Made by a program: the position numbers and the translations under genes
The notes under the pieces: model-generated
Told to the model about the DNA's origin: nothing
What the model saw: only the letters and a program-made list of their open reading frames with translations
Database searches by the model: none
In this document: one piece after another, positions 1 to 15,100 of the stretch
Layout of the letters: each line of letters starts with the position of its first letter
How positions within the stretch are numbered: the stretch's first letter is position 1
Assembly (NCBI RefSeq): GCF_964194025.1
Contig: NC_134468.1
Coordinates: 74,462,001-74,526,000, forward strand
DNA from: Convolutriloba macropyga
Lineage: Eukaryota
Direction: 5' to 3'
Length of the DNA stretch: 64,000 bases

Positions 1-885
1 AGACGAGTAATGCTAATTTTTCTGATGCTTCAGGTGACTTCAAAAACTAAGCTCTACGCTGTCATATGATTGACCACCCATTTTAGTCAATAGAAAATAT
101 GAGAAAACCTGAAGACATCACCAGTACATTTCTGCTTTAAACAATGGGATCATTTTTTTTTTAGAAAATTAGAGATTTATATTTTTCTAGTGAATTATTG
201 AGCAAATTTACGCTATACATTGTATCATTTCTTTTCTGTATTTAAATGTTGAATAAAATAAGACCAAACTTGTTTAAGAGCCATTAAAAACATAAAAGCA
301 GGGGAAACCACGTGTGGAAACAACGACACATTTACTGAAACTTTTGACTTCAGACTTAGAACTTTGATAGAAACAGATAGATCTGAATGAAAAAAATCGA
401 CGCCGCTCAAAAAGCTATGTAAGAAACATTCCGCAATAAATTAATGAAGGTTGTTGAAATTCACTCCGCAGAAGCCTTTTTATTAGGGACCTTTATTATA
501 CATATGAGTTCCTTTGACCTTACATTAACTCAAATTAAACTTTTAAAAAGCAAAAGTCGTTTTATTGAGTGAGGTAAGACACGTATGATTAAAATCTAAT
601 CACGCAAATATCTTAAAACCATTAGCTAAAGAGAGTGAGAAATGACATTACGCCCGAAAATGCCGCTAGTGAGAGGAAGAAGTCATCCAGAAGATTTGAC
701 TTTTTCAGCTTCGCTGTATGAACAAATGTAAAACGAAAAAGAGCGTCAGAAGACGAAACAAAAAACATAGCTGGACAGGTCCCGAGGTGCAACTCAAAGA
801 ATTTCCATTGACTTAAAAAAACCATACCCAGAACGGACATGAGTGAATTGAGAAAACCATCCCTAAAAAAAAGATCAAAAACATA

Positions 886-1393
886 AAAACATAGCAGGCA
901 GATTGCCAGAAAATAGCCGCAATAGCTTCGTAGAGCTGCAGTCTCAAAAAAAATTGTAAAGACAGACCACAAAAATTTGTCTTCTCATTGAAGGCTGATA
1001 TGTTATATTTTGATTAAAAATCTGTATAAGCTTTTGCTGCTTCTATTAGCTGCTCTCTAAAAACCTTCATTTGAGTGACACACATCCATTTGACCTTATC
1101 TCTTTGAATTAAAGTAAAAAAAAGTCAACTTCAAAGTGAGGAAGTCATTTTTGTGAGTGAGATAAGTCAAGTGTGACCAAAAATTTAACCACGCAAATGA
1201 AAAAAAACCTCGGTCCAATAGGAGCGAAAAATGACGTCACACACGCACTTCAGTTGAAATTGCATGAACGAATGAACAAAAAGCAGATTTGAAGTGGTTG
1301 TGACGTCATATGGTGGTAACAAAAATCGCGACGACGAAATAAAAAAACCAAGAGAAGGCCAATAATAGCCCCAGCTATCTCTGTGCGGCTATT
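886..1393. mobile_element. Non-autonomous Helentron/DINE(HINE)-like repeat, family B
   Basis: Starts AAAACATAGCA plus hairpin GGCA-GAT-TGCC. SubTIR AATAGCCGCA (912-921) is inverted at TGCGGCTATT (1384-1393). Homologous copies lie at 46259-46713, ~40975-41330 and after the gap at 33136. Confidence 0.55.
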
Positions 1394-3169
1394 AAAAATA
1401 GCACGTGCGCCTGAGGGGGCGTAAAAAATATAAGCACATTAAGTGATTTCACACGTCGTTTCTTTAAGTGAGGTAAGTTCACAGTAACTTCACCACTCTA
1501 AGTACTTGAAGGACTACCAAACGCGGCTAAGGGCCTCTAATGAATTTGATGCTCACTGAGCTTTACCTGTTTATCCCGTTTTGAAAGTGCAAAGTCACGA
1601 AAAGTCATCGAAGTCATGAAATTCAGGGTCAGACGAAACAAAAATCTGTTAGACGAAGTAAAAAACACAGCAGGACAAGTCCTGACGTACAATTCAAAAA
1701 ATTTTCACTGACTAAACAGAAAACTAGACCTAGAACGGACTGAATGAATTGGGAAAACCATTTAGAAAATCCGATCCAAAAAATTGAAAAAACATTGAAA
1801 ATCAAAGTGAAATTGCCGAATGTGAACAAAAAACCCCTAGCGAGAAAGCGAATTTTTGTTCAAACACCGTTTTCTCACTCTACTTTAAAATCAGAGCAAA
1901 AAAATTCCACACCGCAAAACCAATCGTTTTTCGCTCCACTTCCTGTTTCGGCGTGACCAAAATCACTACTCCAATTTGACTTCAAAAATGAAAATGTGTT
2001 AAGAGATCTTAAGAAAATAAAAAACATAGCCGGAAGAATTCCGGAAACGACACAAACTGGAAATCCATCTAAACGCTATGCAACTACTCATCAGACAAAA
2101 CGTGCCTCCACTAAATTATGATTATCTTGAATTAAAACCATAAAACAAAAAGTCAAAACAAGAAAATCAAATCTGAATCAAAATAAGATTAAAAGAATCT
2201 GATCAATTTTTGTTTTAAATTGAAATCCCAAAACAACAATCTCTTCCAAAAATACTTCATCAGAACAACTAGTACTCACTAAAAGCATATATTTCAATTT
2301 TATAAAAAATACTTGAGGCCAAATTATGATAAAAAAATTCTTCAAAACAACTTGCATTTAAAAACTGGAAAAAGTTGATAAACTTTTTAATATTACAAAA
2401 GCATATAAATCCAAAGAAAAAATACTTTAAGCCAGGGCATCCAGATGCTCGCAAGACAATAGGCAAGTCATAATAGGCTAGGAAACTTGTCTACAAAAAA
2501 ACTGCAAAAAAATTAATTAAAATAGTTCCAATTTTCGCCATTTTTGTCATTTCTCAACAAAAAAAATGATTAATATCCATAAAACTGTAACCAATTGTTA
2601 TCTAAAATTTTCTCAAGTAGTAGGGGTCTTTTTAATACCCATTTGAGCTAGTAAAACGAAACAATCGTCAAAAAAACGCAAAAAAAATACCCCGAAAATC
2701 AGCAAAATAAATGAAAACCTCAGAATTAGCATAAAATCCATACGAATTTTCAGAAAACTTCAAACCACTACCAGAACCAGCCTAAAATGAAAACAAAATC
2801 ATAACCAAACCTCTTAACCAAAAAAATTGAAAAAGAAACTGCTTTAAAATGCAGCACTAGAACAAAAAATTTCGCTCGCTTAGAATTTTTTTTCACACCT
2901 CAATTTCTCGCTCTCTAGAAAATAACGATATGAACAAAAAAACCCTCTCTTTTCATTCCACTCTTTGTTTTGTTCAGCAACAAAATCAGTCCACATTTTT
3001 TCACGTGTTTTATTTCCCGCTTCAAAATTCACTCCAATAAAATTCATTTAAAAAAAAAGGACTTCTCCCCAATACTCCTCTTCGAGTCGTAAAAAGACAG
3101 CGTCGACAGCGTCTCAAAACAATTCAAATTCTTTGAATTGTTAAAAACCAAGAGCACCGCAATATACTC

Positions 3170-6100
3170 CTAGAAAAAACTTGAGACGTATGTTGGGACA
3201 TTCTCTCTTACGACCTCATTTGGTAAAACTACCGTTTCGCGGACCACTAATACATTAAAACCAAAAAACTCCCAGAAAACAATTTCGCGGTTTAAAAGAT
3301 TAGCAGTTTTGAACCTCTTCTTGTCCTGTTCCTCCATACCACTGTCATCATCAGATGTATCTGGACTCAAATTGTCCACATCTGCCTGGTCAACCTGATC
3401 TTCAGTCTTAAAATCATTTTCACCCTTCATCACAATCCCACTTCCTTGACGTCGCTGAGAAGCCGTCTCAACAGCTCCCGACTCCGAATTACTGTCACTT
3501 GAAGTCGATTCCTCTCTTTTGCCCACTGTCATTTCACGAGACTGTGACGAGCTCCCTGCAGTTGACGACGATGATGTCGTTGAGTTAGTCGCGGGACCCG
3601 GTTGCGAGGACTCCCGAACAGGTTCCGCGAGTTCAACGGACTCTGAGCTATCACTCGACGCAGTGCTCGTATCACTCGACGAATCAGAGCTCGAGGGACA
3701 CAGCTCTAGGTTCGGGAAATGTTCTGGATTGTTCTTGCTCACTTCATGGGCTATGTCAAGTAGGTCATCCCGGCCGATCTTCTTCAGAGTGCGGTACCAC
3801 TTGTGGCAGAATCGAGGTCGACCCTTGGCAGTCTTTTGCCAGACATAACGGAAGTTTCCCGAGTTGCAGTAGTTCTGAGTCATGGCAATTGATATGTCCA
3901 GGTTCAACACCACGTGCCACCATCCTCCTTCAAACATCCAAAAATTTAATAGGTTGTCAAATTGTTCTCGTAGGTAAAAGTAACCAACACTATTTTTTTC
4001 GAAAAACACACCTTGCTGTGATCCTAAACCGGTAGTAAATTAGGTTTTTAATTAGATACAAATTCGATACAATATACTAATCCATGAAAATTCTCATTTC
4101 AAGTTGCATGCATTAGTCCCATAAGCAAAAGTATAACACCCTCAGATGATTATTTTGAAGCGAGGAGTACTGAAGCTACATACCAGGCACGAAGACCGTT
4201 TCGCCCGGAAGCTGGATGAACTCAATGGGTCTCCACTTGGCTGGCCAGGATGGACTGGTGACTCTGGGATGGACGTATCTGAACCAAGTCACTGCCTCGT
4301 CCTTCTGCTTCGAACAGTTGTCAGTACCCTGGCAATAAAGATACGCGACCATATTCTCAAAACCAAATTTGCAACTTCGTTTTCTCACAAAATAGAATTC
4401 CAGAAATCTTTTACGGTTAGGTAACAGCGACCAGAATTGCTCTTTATGTAAAGCAGTCTAACGAATCAGCTTTGTCTTTCGGATCAAAATTCATTTACTC
4501 TAAAAGCGTATTTGAAAAAAGATCTTCAGATTAATGTACATCAAATAGTCTCAATTGGAACTTTCTCTGCGTACATATGCAATCGTTGAATAGATTTCGA
4601 GTACGAGTTGTGCCTTACTTGTGGCTTGATGAGGTGTTTGGGCACTTCGTTGGGCAGGAGGCACCACCTCTTTGCACCCCTGATGAGAGAATTCCAGGCA
4701 GACGTGGCAAGTGGATCAATGTGGATCCCAGTTCCTGAGCGCGGAGGACCCATCACAAACCACCTGCAAACAACACTGCCGCCGGTAAATTTTTAAAAAC
4801 TGACATTTGAAACAAGCCACCACTTAGGCATCTTTCTTCATTTAACATAAGCGCTAGACCAGAAGTAATATGAGCAGACAATTACCTCAATGCTGAACAA
4901 GAAGTTACAGTAACACGGGAACTGAATGCCATAAAACAAACTGTGAAAACTATGTAGCCAGAGTTGAAAAAAGACAACTTACGCAGTAATTCACAAATCA
5001 AAAGTAACAAAGTAACAATTACAGACAAAAATTTGCCAAATGTACCAATTAGAGAAAACACAAATGAAGTTCGGCAAATTGACACAACAGAAACTACACA
5101 TACACCGACTAACTTCGGACGAATTGCTATCGAACCAATCTCGGGCCGCTGTAATTTAGAGGGGTAAAGGCTACGTAAACTTTTTTGGGTGCAAAAACAT
5201 CAGACAAGGGTGGGGTTCGAACCCGCGCTCTTCCGGATTACCACAGTCCATGACCACTAAGCTAGACGGACCGCGTTCGGTAACCAATCACAACCGCTTA
5301 TATTTCAGTAACAGACTTATTTTCTGAATGATAGCTAATTCAATCACTCAAAAATTCAAAACGTCAAGCGTTCAAAAGTCACTCGAAAAGTGAAATCAAA
5401 AGAGTGTTCAAGACAAAAATGTCAAAAATTTTGCATAAAAAGACAACCATCTTTACAATAATTGCTTCATACTTCGTTCGAAAGCAATTAAAAGCAGGAA
5501 TTATACACTGCCAACGAAAAGCTGAATGGCACTGAGGAAAGGTTTCATTAACGTAAAATTGTCCATTCACATTATCCATAAAACAATAGAAACAAGTCAG
5601 TAATGTAGCTCACAGATTTCTAGAGAAAAGCAGAGATTACTTTGCAGACCTGTAGTCTAAAAACAAAAAAACAAGGATTGAAAATGAAATCTTCACTAAT
5701 TATTGGGGTGTTACAATTTGATCTGAAAAATCACCCTAGTGTATGACGAGTTCTTTCCAAAAGCTGCTTTCAAATAAATTTCAACTAAAGTAAGTAATCT
5801 TCAACTGATCTTAACCCCGCCATTTAAAATAAGCAGACACTTTGATTGTCAGAAAGATCACGCATGAAAAAGATTATTCACACAAACGAAAACGGTCTGC
5901 CAGAGGAGTAAAAAACTTTACGCTGACAAACATGAAATAATAGCAGCAGATTTGAAGTGAGCTTGAAAAAACGGTTGCAGCAAAAACGTTGACGATAAAA
6001 TGAAAACCACGAAGAGTCTATCTTACTCATCTATCTTTCTCAACTTAAATAGAACCCGCGCTCTTCCGGATTACCACAGTCCATGACCACTAAGCTAGAC

Positions 6101-9100
6101 GGACCGCGTTCGGTAAACAATCACAACCGCTTATATTTCAGGACAGACTTATTTTCTGAATGATAGCTAATTCAATCACGCAAAAATTCAAAACGTCAAG
6201 CGTTCAAAAGTCACTCGAAAAGCGAAATCAAAAGAGTGTTCAAGACAAAAATGTCAAAAAATTTTGCATAAAAAGACAACCACCTTTACAATAATTGCTT
6301 CATACTTCGTTCGAAAGCAATTAAAATCAGGAATTATACACTGCCAACGAAGAGTTGAATGGCACTGAGGAAAGGTTTCATTAACGTAAAATTGTCCATT
6401 CACATTATCCATAAAACAATAGAAACAAGTCAGTAATGTAGCTCACAGATTTCTAGAGAAAAGCAGAGATTACTTTGCAGAACTGTAGTCTAAAAAGAAA
6501 AAAAAACAAGGATTGAAAATGAAATTTTCACTAATTATTGGGGTGTTACAATTTGATCTGAAAAATCACCCTAGTGTATGACGACTTCTTTCCAAAAGCT
6601 GCTTTCAAATAAAATTTCAACTAAAGGAAGTAATCTTCAACTGATCTTAACCCCGCCATTTAAAATAAGCAGACACTTTGATTGTCAGAAAGATCACGCA
6701 TGAAAAAGATTATTCACACAAACGAAAACGGTCTGCCAGAGGAGTAAAAAACTTTACGCTGACAAACATGAAAAAATAGCAGCAGATTTGAAGTGAGCTT
6801 GAAAAAACGGTTGCAGCAAAAACGTTGACGATAAAATGAAAACCACGAAGAGTATCTTACTCATCTATCTTTCTCAACTTAAATATAATTTCAAGCCAAA
6901 ACCTGCTGAACAAATTTTTCAAGTGACCAAAAAATTTTACTCTCACATTTCTTACACCCAATCTTCAGAGCTCTCAGACGTCATGATGACAAAAGTCCTG
7001 CTTTTTACTTTTCATCAGCAGCATTGAACTATCGTTTTTCATTCATGTGCTTCATTGCCTGTTTTAAATACACTTCAGTCAAAATCGTGATATCTGACTA
7101 AAACACGCTCCACCATTACACTTTCATAAGTTTTGAAAATAGAGAAATAAATTTGAGGAATATAAATTTCAAATTTTCTGACTGAGAACATCTAAGTCAC
7201 ATGTTAGAATTAGAGCTCACTTGTACAAGTCAATTTTTGTGAATTGTTAAAAAGGAGGATTACAACAATGGTCCACACCTTCGCTACCCAGACAATAAAT
7301 TAATGTAAGATGAAAAACGGCGTTCAAATTTATTTCAAACATAAACTGACTAACGTTGGATGAATTTCTCTGGAACGAACGTTGGAGGGGGGGGGGGGGG
7401 ATTTAATTTAAGGGTGCAGCTTAGAAAAATTTTTTGGGTGCAAAAACTCGGAACTGACAGTGGTTCGATCCCGCGACAGCAGTCAGACATGCTAACAACC
7501 GCCAACAATCATTTTTATATTAGTAACCAACTTCATTTCAGAATGAGAGCAGTTGCAGATGTGAATCGTGAAAAAGTCACTTGAGAAGTCACAAAATGTT
7601 CTAGAACAAAAACGGAAAAATGATCAGGCGAAAATTTTACATAAACAAAATTTTACACTAACAATAATTGCTTCAAACTTCGTTCGAGAGCAATTAATAG
7701 CAAAAATTCTAATCCCATACTCGGGATGCCTAGCTGTCGACGTTGGTCATTTGTTTTTCTTGGAGGAACCATGTAAAATAAAATTATAACATTTAGGTTA
7801 AATAATTACATGTTAAAAATATCAAATTACCATGCGTTATTTAGTATACATAAACTGCTATGCTCACAAAATATTAAGAGGCTGTTCATATGTGCTTCTA
7901 GATGTAAAAGTAAGATTTAGAGGAACCAATATGTTCATTGTAAGGTATTTTTCACATTGATTGAAATGGAAACCAACTACAGCGTGTACTACTCAATAAA
8001 CTTCTCAACGCTTTTTAGTATCAGAGATTTGCTAATCCATTTTTTCCTTTTCTTTTTGTATATGAGTCGTCTTGTTCTTAGGTTATGCTTAATATTTAGC
8101 GGTTGTTCGTTCTAGTATTTTAATTATTTGAGACACCTCGACCTCACATTGTGTCCTGTGAGCACTAAAAGAACTTATCACTTCATGGACAGCGCGTGTT
8201 ACGATTTTGCAGCTTTACCATTTTTACAAAATAATTGGCTTGAAAGTCAATTGTACAAAAGCACAGACGTTTGAGCATTTTCTTTACTCTCCCTATTTAA
8301 ACCACGGCTAGATAATAGATTCTAACCTTTAAAAACCAATCATAACGGCCTCTCGCAATTTAAAAATTACCAATTGGCATTCTGAAATAATTATAGGCTT
8401 CATTAGTTTTTATTGTTGTCATTTATTCTTATTGAATTTCTTGAAACTGTATGATTTAGAACGCTATTAATAAATTTTTTTTAGACCACTAATCAAAATA
8501 CCGAATTCAAGTTGAATCATGGATTCAATTATAATAGCCTTCTTCAACTGATTTCTTACGTGATCAGCGTGATATTTACATCATGGCAACCAACCTGTAA
8601 GGTGGTCTCTTTCCCTCCCCTGCATGTTGGAAGAGATCCTCCTGGAAGAGATGAGGCACTTTGTAATCATTGAGAAGCTTCTTCCTCTTCGGGTGTTCTC
8701 CGTAATTTGAGTCAAACACGTAAAGCGGCGAGTCATCACAGGTAGAGGTGAGATACTGTAGGTAGTACTTCATTTTGATTTTCACTGAGCATCCACTGTC
8801 ATCTTCGCCACACTTGAATTTCTGGTTGCGGAATTTCCTGTCCAGCCAAGCAAGACTGGACCATTTGGTGTTCTCTTTGTATCCAGGCCAGTCATCAATC
8901 AGGTGAGTAAAGATGACTGGAATCTTGGGTTTCTCAAATCTAAAAATTTTTGCAACTGATTTACTTTTTTTGCCGCTAATCTCATTTTTAAATTAATTCA
9001 ATGAGCAAAACTTCCATCGTTGGTCTCCCACAATCATAAAGCATTGCTAAGTTATTGTATGTTTAGCTATCTTCTTCAAACCAAGCGGCTACTTCTTAAA

Positions 9101-12100
9101 CTTAGTCAAATCAAATACATATTTTTTTCTCAATTTTGATCAAACAATACATTGACTGATTTAATAAAAGCTGTCTGCATTATAACCTTTCGATGAATTC
9201 CAACTCTGTCAATGTACGACCATCCACCCTGTCAATGACATATGGTCTCTGCTCTAGCATCTGGCGAGAAATCTCCATTGGCAGCTGGTCAATGGAATTT
9301 GTGAAGTTGGTCCTGAACTTTTCCAAATCCATCCGCAAGTAATACTGCTCGTTGCAGAACAGATCTCCGCTCGCCAGCTCTGAAGTAAGAAAGAAAACAT
9401 CCTAAACCCGTACTGTAGCAGCACTTCATGTTTTACAAAAAAGTGACGCGTTCAAGTTTTGTGATAAATCTAGCTTGTGTATGATTTCATCAATTGATGT
9501 ATTGACAAAAGTCACACACATTTAGTAAAGCAAAATAGTTTTTCCAATTCAAAAACTTTTTCCTGTTCCTTTTGTTTAAGTTTGGAGCCAAGCAAAACTA
9601 GACTTGTTTTAAATATTGTCAGCCAAACTATCGGAAAAACTTTGAGCATAGTAATCGTAAAAACAAACTCGAATAAAAAACGAAAGATTAATAATAGCCG
9701 TTTGAGAGGCTGACGGCCGCTATTAAAAAAAGAACAATTAAAAAACGAGAAATAACGAAGCAAGATTTGAGAATCAGTACGCCACACTTAAGATTTAAGA
9801 AAAGTTTTTCTTTTCCAGTAGATAACGAGAAGTCCATACAATTCTCATCACAAAAACCAGTTAAAAAACGCACTGGCGGCAAAAAAAGTTAGACAATAAC
9901 TGTTAACATTTTGCTAGCCAATTCAGTTCATAAATGACGTAATCCGACCAAGTTATGTCCAACATTTCAACTGTGAAATTCCGCTTTATTATACTCATAG
10001 CTTTATATCTACACCAGTTTTTCTTCCTAAAGGCGATATATTGGGCTTATTTCCGCTATGAAACCAGTCCCTGCTCAAGTCGCATGTATTAGAAATACTA
10101 ATTTGGCATTTCCAGTAGTATTTTCGATCCAGGGCTCGATCCAGCGACCCTGTGATCAATAGTCCAATGTTTTACCGCTATCTATCTGCGGTATATTGCA
10201 TTATTTACATGATATACAAATAAAAACTACACGCTTAAAATACTCGCTGCTGATTATATTTATTAATTTATCTCGTACTAGCAACAACCAAAGTCGAAAA
10301 AGTTTGCATAATTTTTATAANNNNNNNNNNNNNNNNNNNNNNNATACGAATTGGCAATTTTTGCCAGCGAATATTTCCAACTCCAGATTGATTTTGAGGT
10401 TTAGGATTCATAGTAAATGTTAGTAGTTACAAAATTACATTCACTTAAAAATTGAATTTTTTCAAAGTTGATAAAGGTCTTTTGCAAGACATACTTACTT
10501 TTATGACGATTTTGTGAGCTATATGTTCTGGCACTGCAAACATAAATACGCAAATTGATACCATTTTTTGCAATTTTTTTTACTTCTCTGAGTTTCATTC
10601 TTCGCTCATTCTGCTCAAAGTGCTTTTGAAAAGCAGTTGCTCAAGAAAACAATCTAAATTGAACGGAGCCATAAAAAATGAAATAAAATAAAGAAACGGT
10701 ATAAACCCATAAAGCCCAAATTTAGATACCCGCTATTCTTATAAGTCTTGGTTACCATCTCTGATGCTTATTGGTATTTCAAATAACCCCCTCTATCCTC
10801 TCCCTCAAGAACAGGAGTAACTACAAAAGGAAATAAAAGATATCGCAATTTAAAATTGTTTTTGTATAAAAATCAATCTTCATTTTTTTCTGATTCTTTT
10901 TCAATCCCATGCGGTTTTTTTCTGGCAATCTGCCGGGTATGTTTAAGAGTTTGAGGATAACAGATGTTTTGATATTGCAGCTTCTTTGACTCCGAAGTTC
11001 AACTTTGAGCGGATAATATCGTTTGATGCTCTGTCTCAACAACAGCTGGACTATTTAAAGCAAGGCAGCATCATATTCTTAGTCTATGGCAAACAGGAGG
11101 ACCTCAGAAGCGACCCGTCCAAGAAACACATGACCACAAAGGTACTCTGCATTTGTATAAACTTAACCTCTTTCTCATTACTCTCGGCCTTTACATCAAT
11201 ATCAAGGGTAACAATTCTATAATTTTAGCCCCTCCCCACTCCCACCTTTTTCTTGAAACTGCGTCCATGGCCGAGTTATGCATAACCAGCTAGAGCAGGT
11301 ACCACAGATTTTGCAACAAAAATCTATTTGAAGTTAAGGGATTAACTGTAATTAGGAGCCCTTGTTTTAATGTAAACTGGATTTTGCTTACGAAATCGAG
11401 AAAATTTGCACGAAATAGACAAATTTATGGGGCTGCTCTAGCTAGTTGTGTCCCTAACTCTGAGTGAAAATTTAGTTTTATATTTATGTATTGCATAAAT
11501 AGTATGCGCGTTCAAATTCTTAAAGTAAACGCTTTCGATAATCTGGAGTGGAATATGGGAAGTAGAATATATAACATTAGTAGTTATATGTAAGCAGATC
11601 AGGGGGGGGGGGGTAAAAGGACGTACCTATGTATAAAGATTACCTATAGCCTATTTTCATCAATTTTCCAAAGACGTACCTAAAAAAGAGAGTGAGAACA
11701 ATAGACCTGTCATCTTATCGTAATTACCCAGGGGTAATTATCTTAATTACCCCAGGGAAATGCATCCGCTCTAATGCACTTCAGCTAATCTTATCTACTT
11801 AATAAATTATATCTGCGGAACTTTCACTTTTAATCATTTTCACATTTTATTCATCCGCGCATAGTTATCACAACTATAACTTTCGTTCATTCATTTACAT
11901 GTGGAGAATGCTATTTTATCATTTTCAATTGTAATTCAATAGAATTTACACGATTTTGTGCTGATATACAAAAGTTTTGACAATTTTACCATTTTTCTCC
12001 AAAAATACCCAATTTTCCCCAAAAATAACCAATTCTTGGCAAAAAAACCCAATTCTTCCCAAAAATACCCAATTCTTGCTAAAAAATACCCAATTATTGG

Positions 12101-15100
12101 TAAAAAATACCCAATTCTTCCCGAAAAATAACCAATTCTGGCCAAAATATCCAATTCTTGGCAAAAAATACCCAATTCTTCCCAAAAAATACCCAATTCT
12201 TCCCAAAAAATACCCAATTCTGGCCAAAAAATACCCAATTTCCCCAAAAAATACCCAATTCTGACCAAAAAATACCCAATTCGTCCAAAAAATACCCAAT
12301 TTTTGGCAAAAAACCCAATTCCTGGCAAAAATACTCAATTCTTCTCAAAAAATACCCAATTCTGACCAAAAAATACCCAATTCTTATCAAAAAATACCCA
12401 ATTCTTCCCGAAAAATACCCAATTCTTAGCAAAAAATACCCAATTCTTCCCAAAAAATATCCAATTCTTCCCAAAAAATACCCAATTCTGGCCAAAAAAT
12501 ACCCAACTTTCCCAAAAAAAATACCCAATTCTGACCAAAAAATACCCAATTCTTCCGAAAAATACCCAATTTTTGGCAAAAAATACCCAATTCCTGGCAA
12601 AAAATACCCAATTTTTCCCAAAAAATACCCAATTCGTGGCAAATAATACCCAATTCTTATCAAAAAACTACCCAAATCTTATCAAAAACACCGAATTCGT
12701 GGCCAAAAATTAACAAGTTTGAGTTGAAAATCCCCAGTTTTATCAGCATATTTCAGAAAATTACCCAAAGTTCAAAGAATTTTACCCAAATTTTTCCTTA
12801 ACTGTTCGAATTTTTTCCCATTATTCCCACAATTTCGCAATTTTAGGTCCTTACAAGTTTCAAAATCTTTATTGTAATAACGAAATCTCTCACGTGATCG
12901 CATTAATTTTGTCTGGAGGTAAATGACCTCTGAATTCTCCTATTAACAAATTTACTGTGTCATCTGTTAATGTGCCTAAAATTCTCACGTGATTAGACAA
13001 TTAGTCACTATATTATTGTCACAATTACTCGCAAAAGTACAATCACATCATAGTAATCCACAATTACATCAAAGTATTGTCATAATTAGGTCATAATAAC
13101 GTCACAATTACGTCATTCTGTCATCACAATTACGTCATATTCAACAGAGAACTTTTCATTTTCGTTTATTTTCATTTTCCTGATTTACAGAATTGAGTGC
13201 AGTTGAGTACACTAATCTCTACAACTTCTGACAAAAATATTATTTCATCGCAACTTCCATCTTAACAATTTTTACTCCTCCTTTTCTCACTTCTAATCTT
13301 ACAATTTATTTTATTTTCAGAGATGCCTCGAAAGTCGGACGAAAAAGAACTTTGCAAGTCTTGCGATAAATTTATTTTGAAATCCAATATGAGTAGACAT
13401 CAGAAACGTCACGCAAAAGTTTGCTCACATTGAACCCAGTCATTTCCGGACGACGAGAAACTGCGGAAACACATTGCTTCTGTACATGCACCGTCTCTGG
13501 TTATCAAGAAAAAGTTTTCTTGTAGCAGCTCTCCCTTATCCTTCTCTACATATTATCAACTTCTTCATCATAAACGAAACAGTCACCAACGTTCAATTCC
13601 TAGCACCTACGAGGACGTTGACATAACTATCTATGGAGACTCTCCCGCTCTTCACAGTGAACTTCAAACGATTCAAAACTTTTTACAAGACTCAGTGCTT
13701 GAATTGTCTAGAAAGAAAGTGCATAACTTCAAGTTATTCGAACTCAGTCACAAAACAGTGATCAACAAATTGGATTTCGTTTACAACGACTTACCCAGTT
13801 CAGCGAAAATTAACATTTCCTTTGGTTTTGTACTTCAAAGTCTGCATAACTCGGACGAATTTCGATACTTTTACGCGGCAGACAACAATCCCATTTTTCA
13901 AAATCCTATGGTTCTCTCCGATGACTCAGATCTCAATTTTATCAAATCGAAATTGAGAAGTGAAGATTTTCTACCCAATCTAATCAATCAACGTCCAGAC
14001 ACGAAATGGAAGTTTTATTGTGTTACAAATGTCACTTTCTTTGTATTTCTCCTCAGTGGTGTTCCTCTAGACTGTATAACTCAAAATATTCCATCCATTT
14101 TGCTCAAGAACAAGCACGTTAAATGTTTTGTTTCGGATTGTGAAAAAAAACCCTACCAAGACAACCTGTGTATGTTCCGTGCCTTAGCTTACGATTTGTA
14201 CGGTAGTGTTGAATTACAAAATAAAACAATGGAATTGATGCAGATGTTTCTCTCAGCGACAAGGAGAGATAACGAAACCTTTCCAGGAGTACATGAAGAC
14301 GATATTTCTGTACTTGAAGAGATAACAGACAGAAATATTCAAGTTTATACAATATTTTTTGCGGAACAATCTGAAATGTTTGCTGAACTAACTCGTCGCT
14401 CCTTGATGAAACGCACAAAGACAACTTCGTTGCTGAGATAAGAAAATCATATCTGTTGGACAGCGGACATCAACAAATTCCTCAAAAAAATTCCGGTGCT
14501 ACATATGTGATCACTTTTTCGATAGATCAAACAATTTGATGGTCCATCTAAAGAATTGTTCCGAAAACACACAACATAGGTATCCCTCAGGAGCTTATCA
14601 ATTAGCAGAAACCATTTTTGATCGACTGAAAGACGTTAATATTACGGTTCCGCAAGAACTCAGGCTTTTTTCTCATCTTATTGTATTTGATTTTGAGTCA
14701 ATAACCGTCCCCGACAATACACTCAGAAACACTGATTTGACTTCGTGGATTGGAAAACATGTTCCCATTAGCGTTTCGATAGCTTCCAACCTAATTAAAG
14801 ACCCAATATTCATTTGCAACGAGGATCCGAATCAACTAATCCGTGATTTTGTATCCAGCTTGACTAATATAGCAGAAAAAAAGCACACTTATAATGAGGG
14901 AAAAACTCAATGCTTTCGTGCTGGAATTGGAAGAAAAGTATTGGGCAGTTCGACAATTGGTTCCAGTGAAAGACAAGCAGGTACCCACTGGAGTGGAAGA
15001 CTTATTTGACAACGAAGCTGAACCCGACGAAGAGGAGGATGAAGAACTTGAAATTAGGAGACTGAGGTGCGAGCTCAAGATGTTATCAAAATTGAGACAA

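Noticed and set aside
3519-3848. 109-aa plus-strand ORF and other antisense ORFs (4146, 4608, 14119, 22382, 23251, 26701, 44756)
   Set aside because: Shadows of real coding sequence on the opposite strand.
5203-5272. Functional tRNA gene
   Set aside because: A and B boxes are present but I could not fold a proper cloverleaf, and the sequence sits inside a dispersed repeat.
11936-12675. Multiple ORFs (KKYPIL / RIGYFL / ELGIF repeats), also at 18204-18943
   Set aside because: Open in several frames on both strands only because the repeat lacks stop codons.
11995-12710. CRISPR-like appearance (constant repeat plus variable spacer)
   Set aside because: Spacers are only 4-6 nt and are reused many times, there are no cas genes, and the context is eukaryotic. 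It is a minisatellite.
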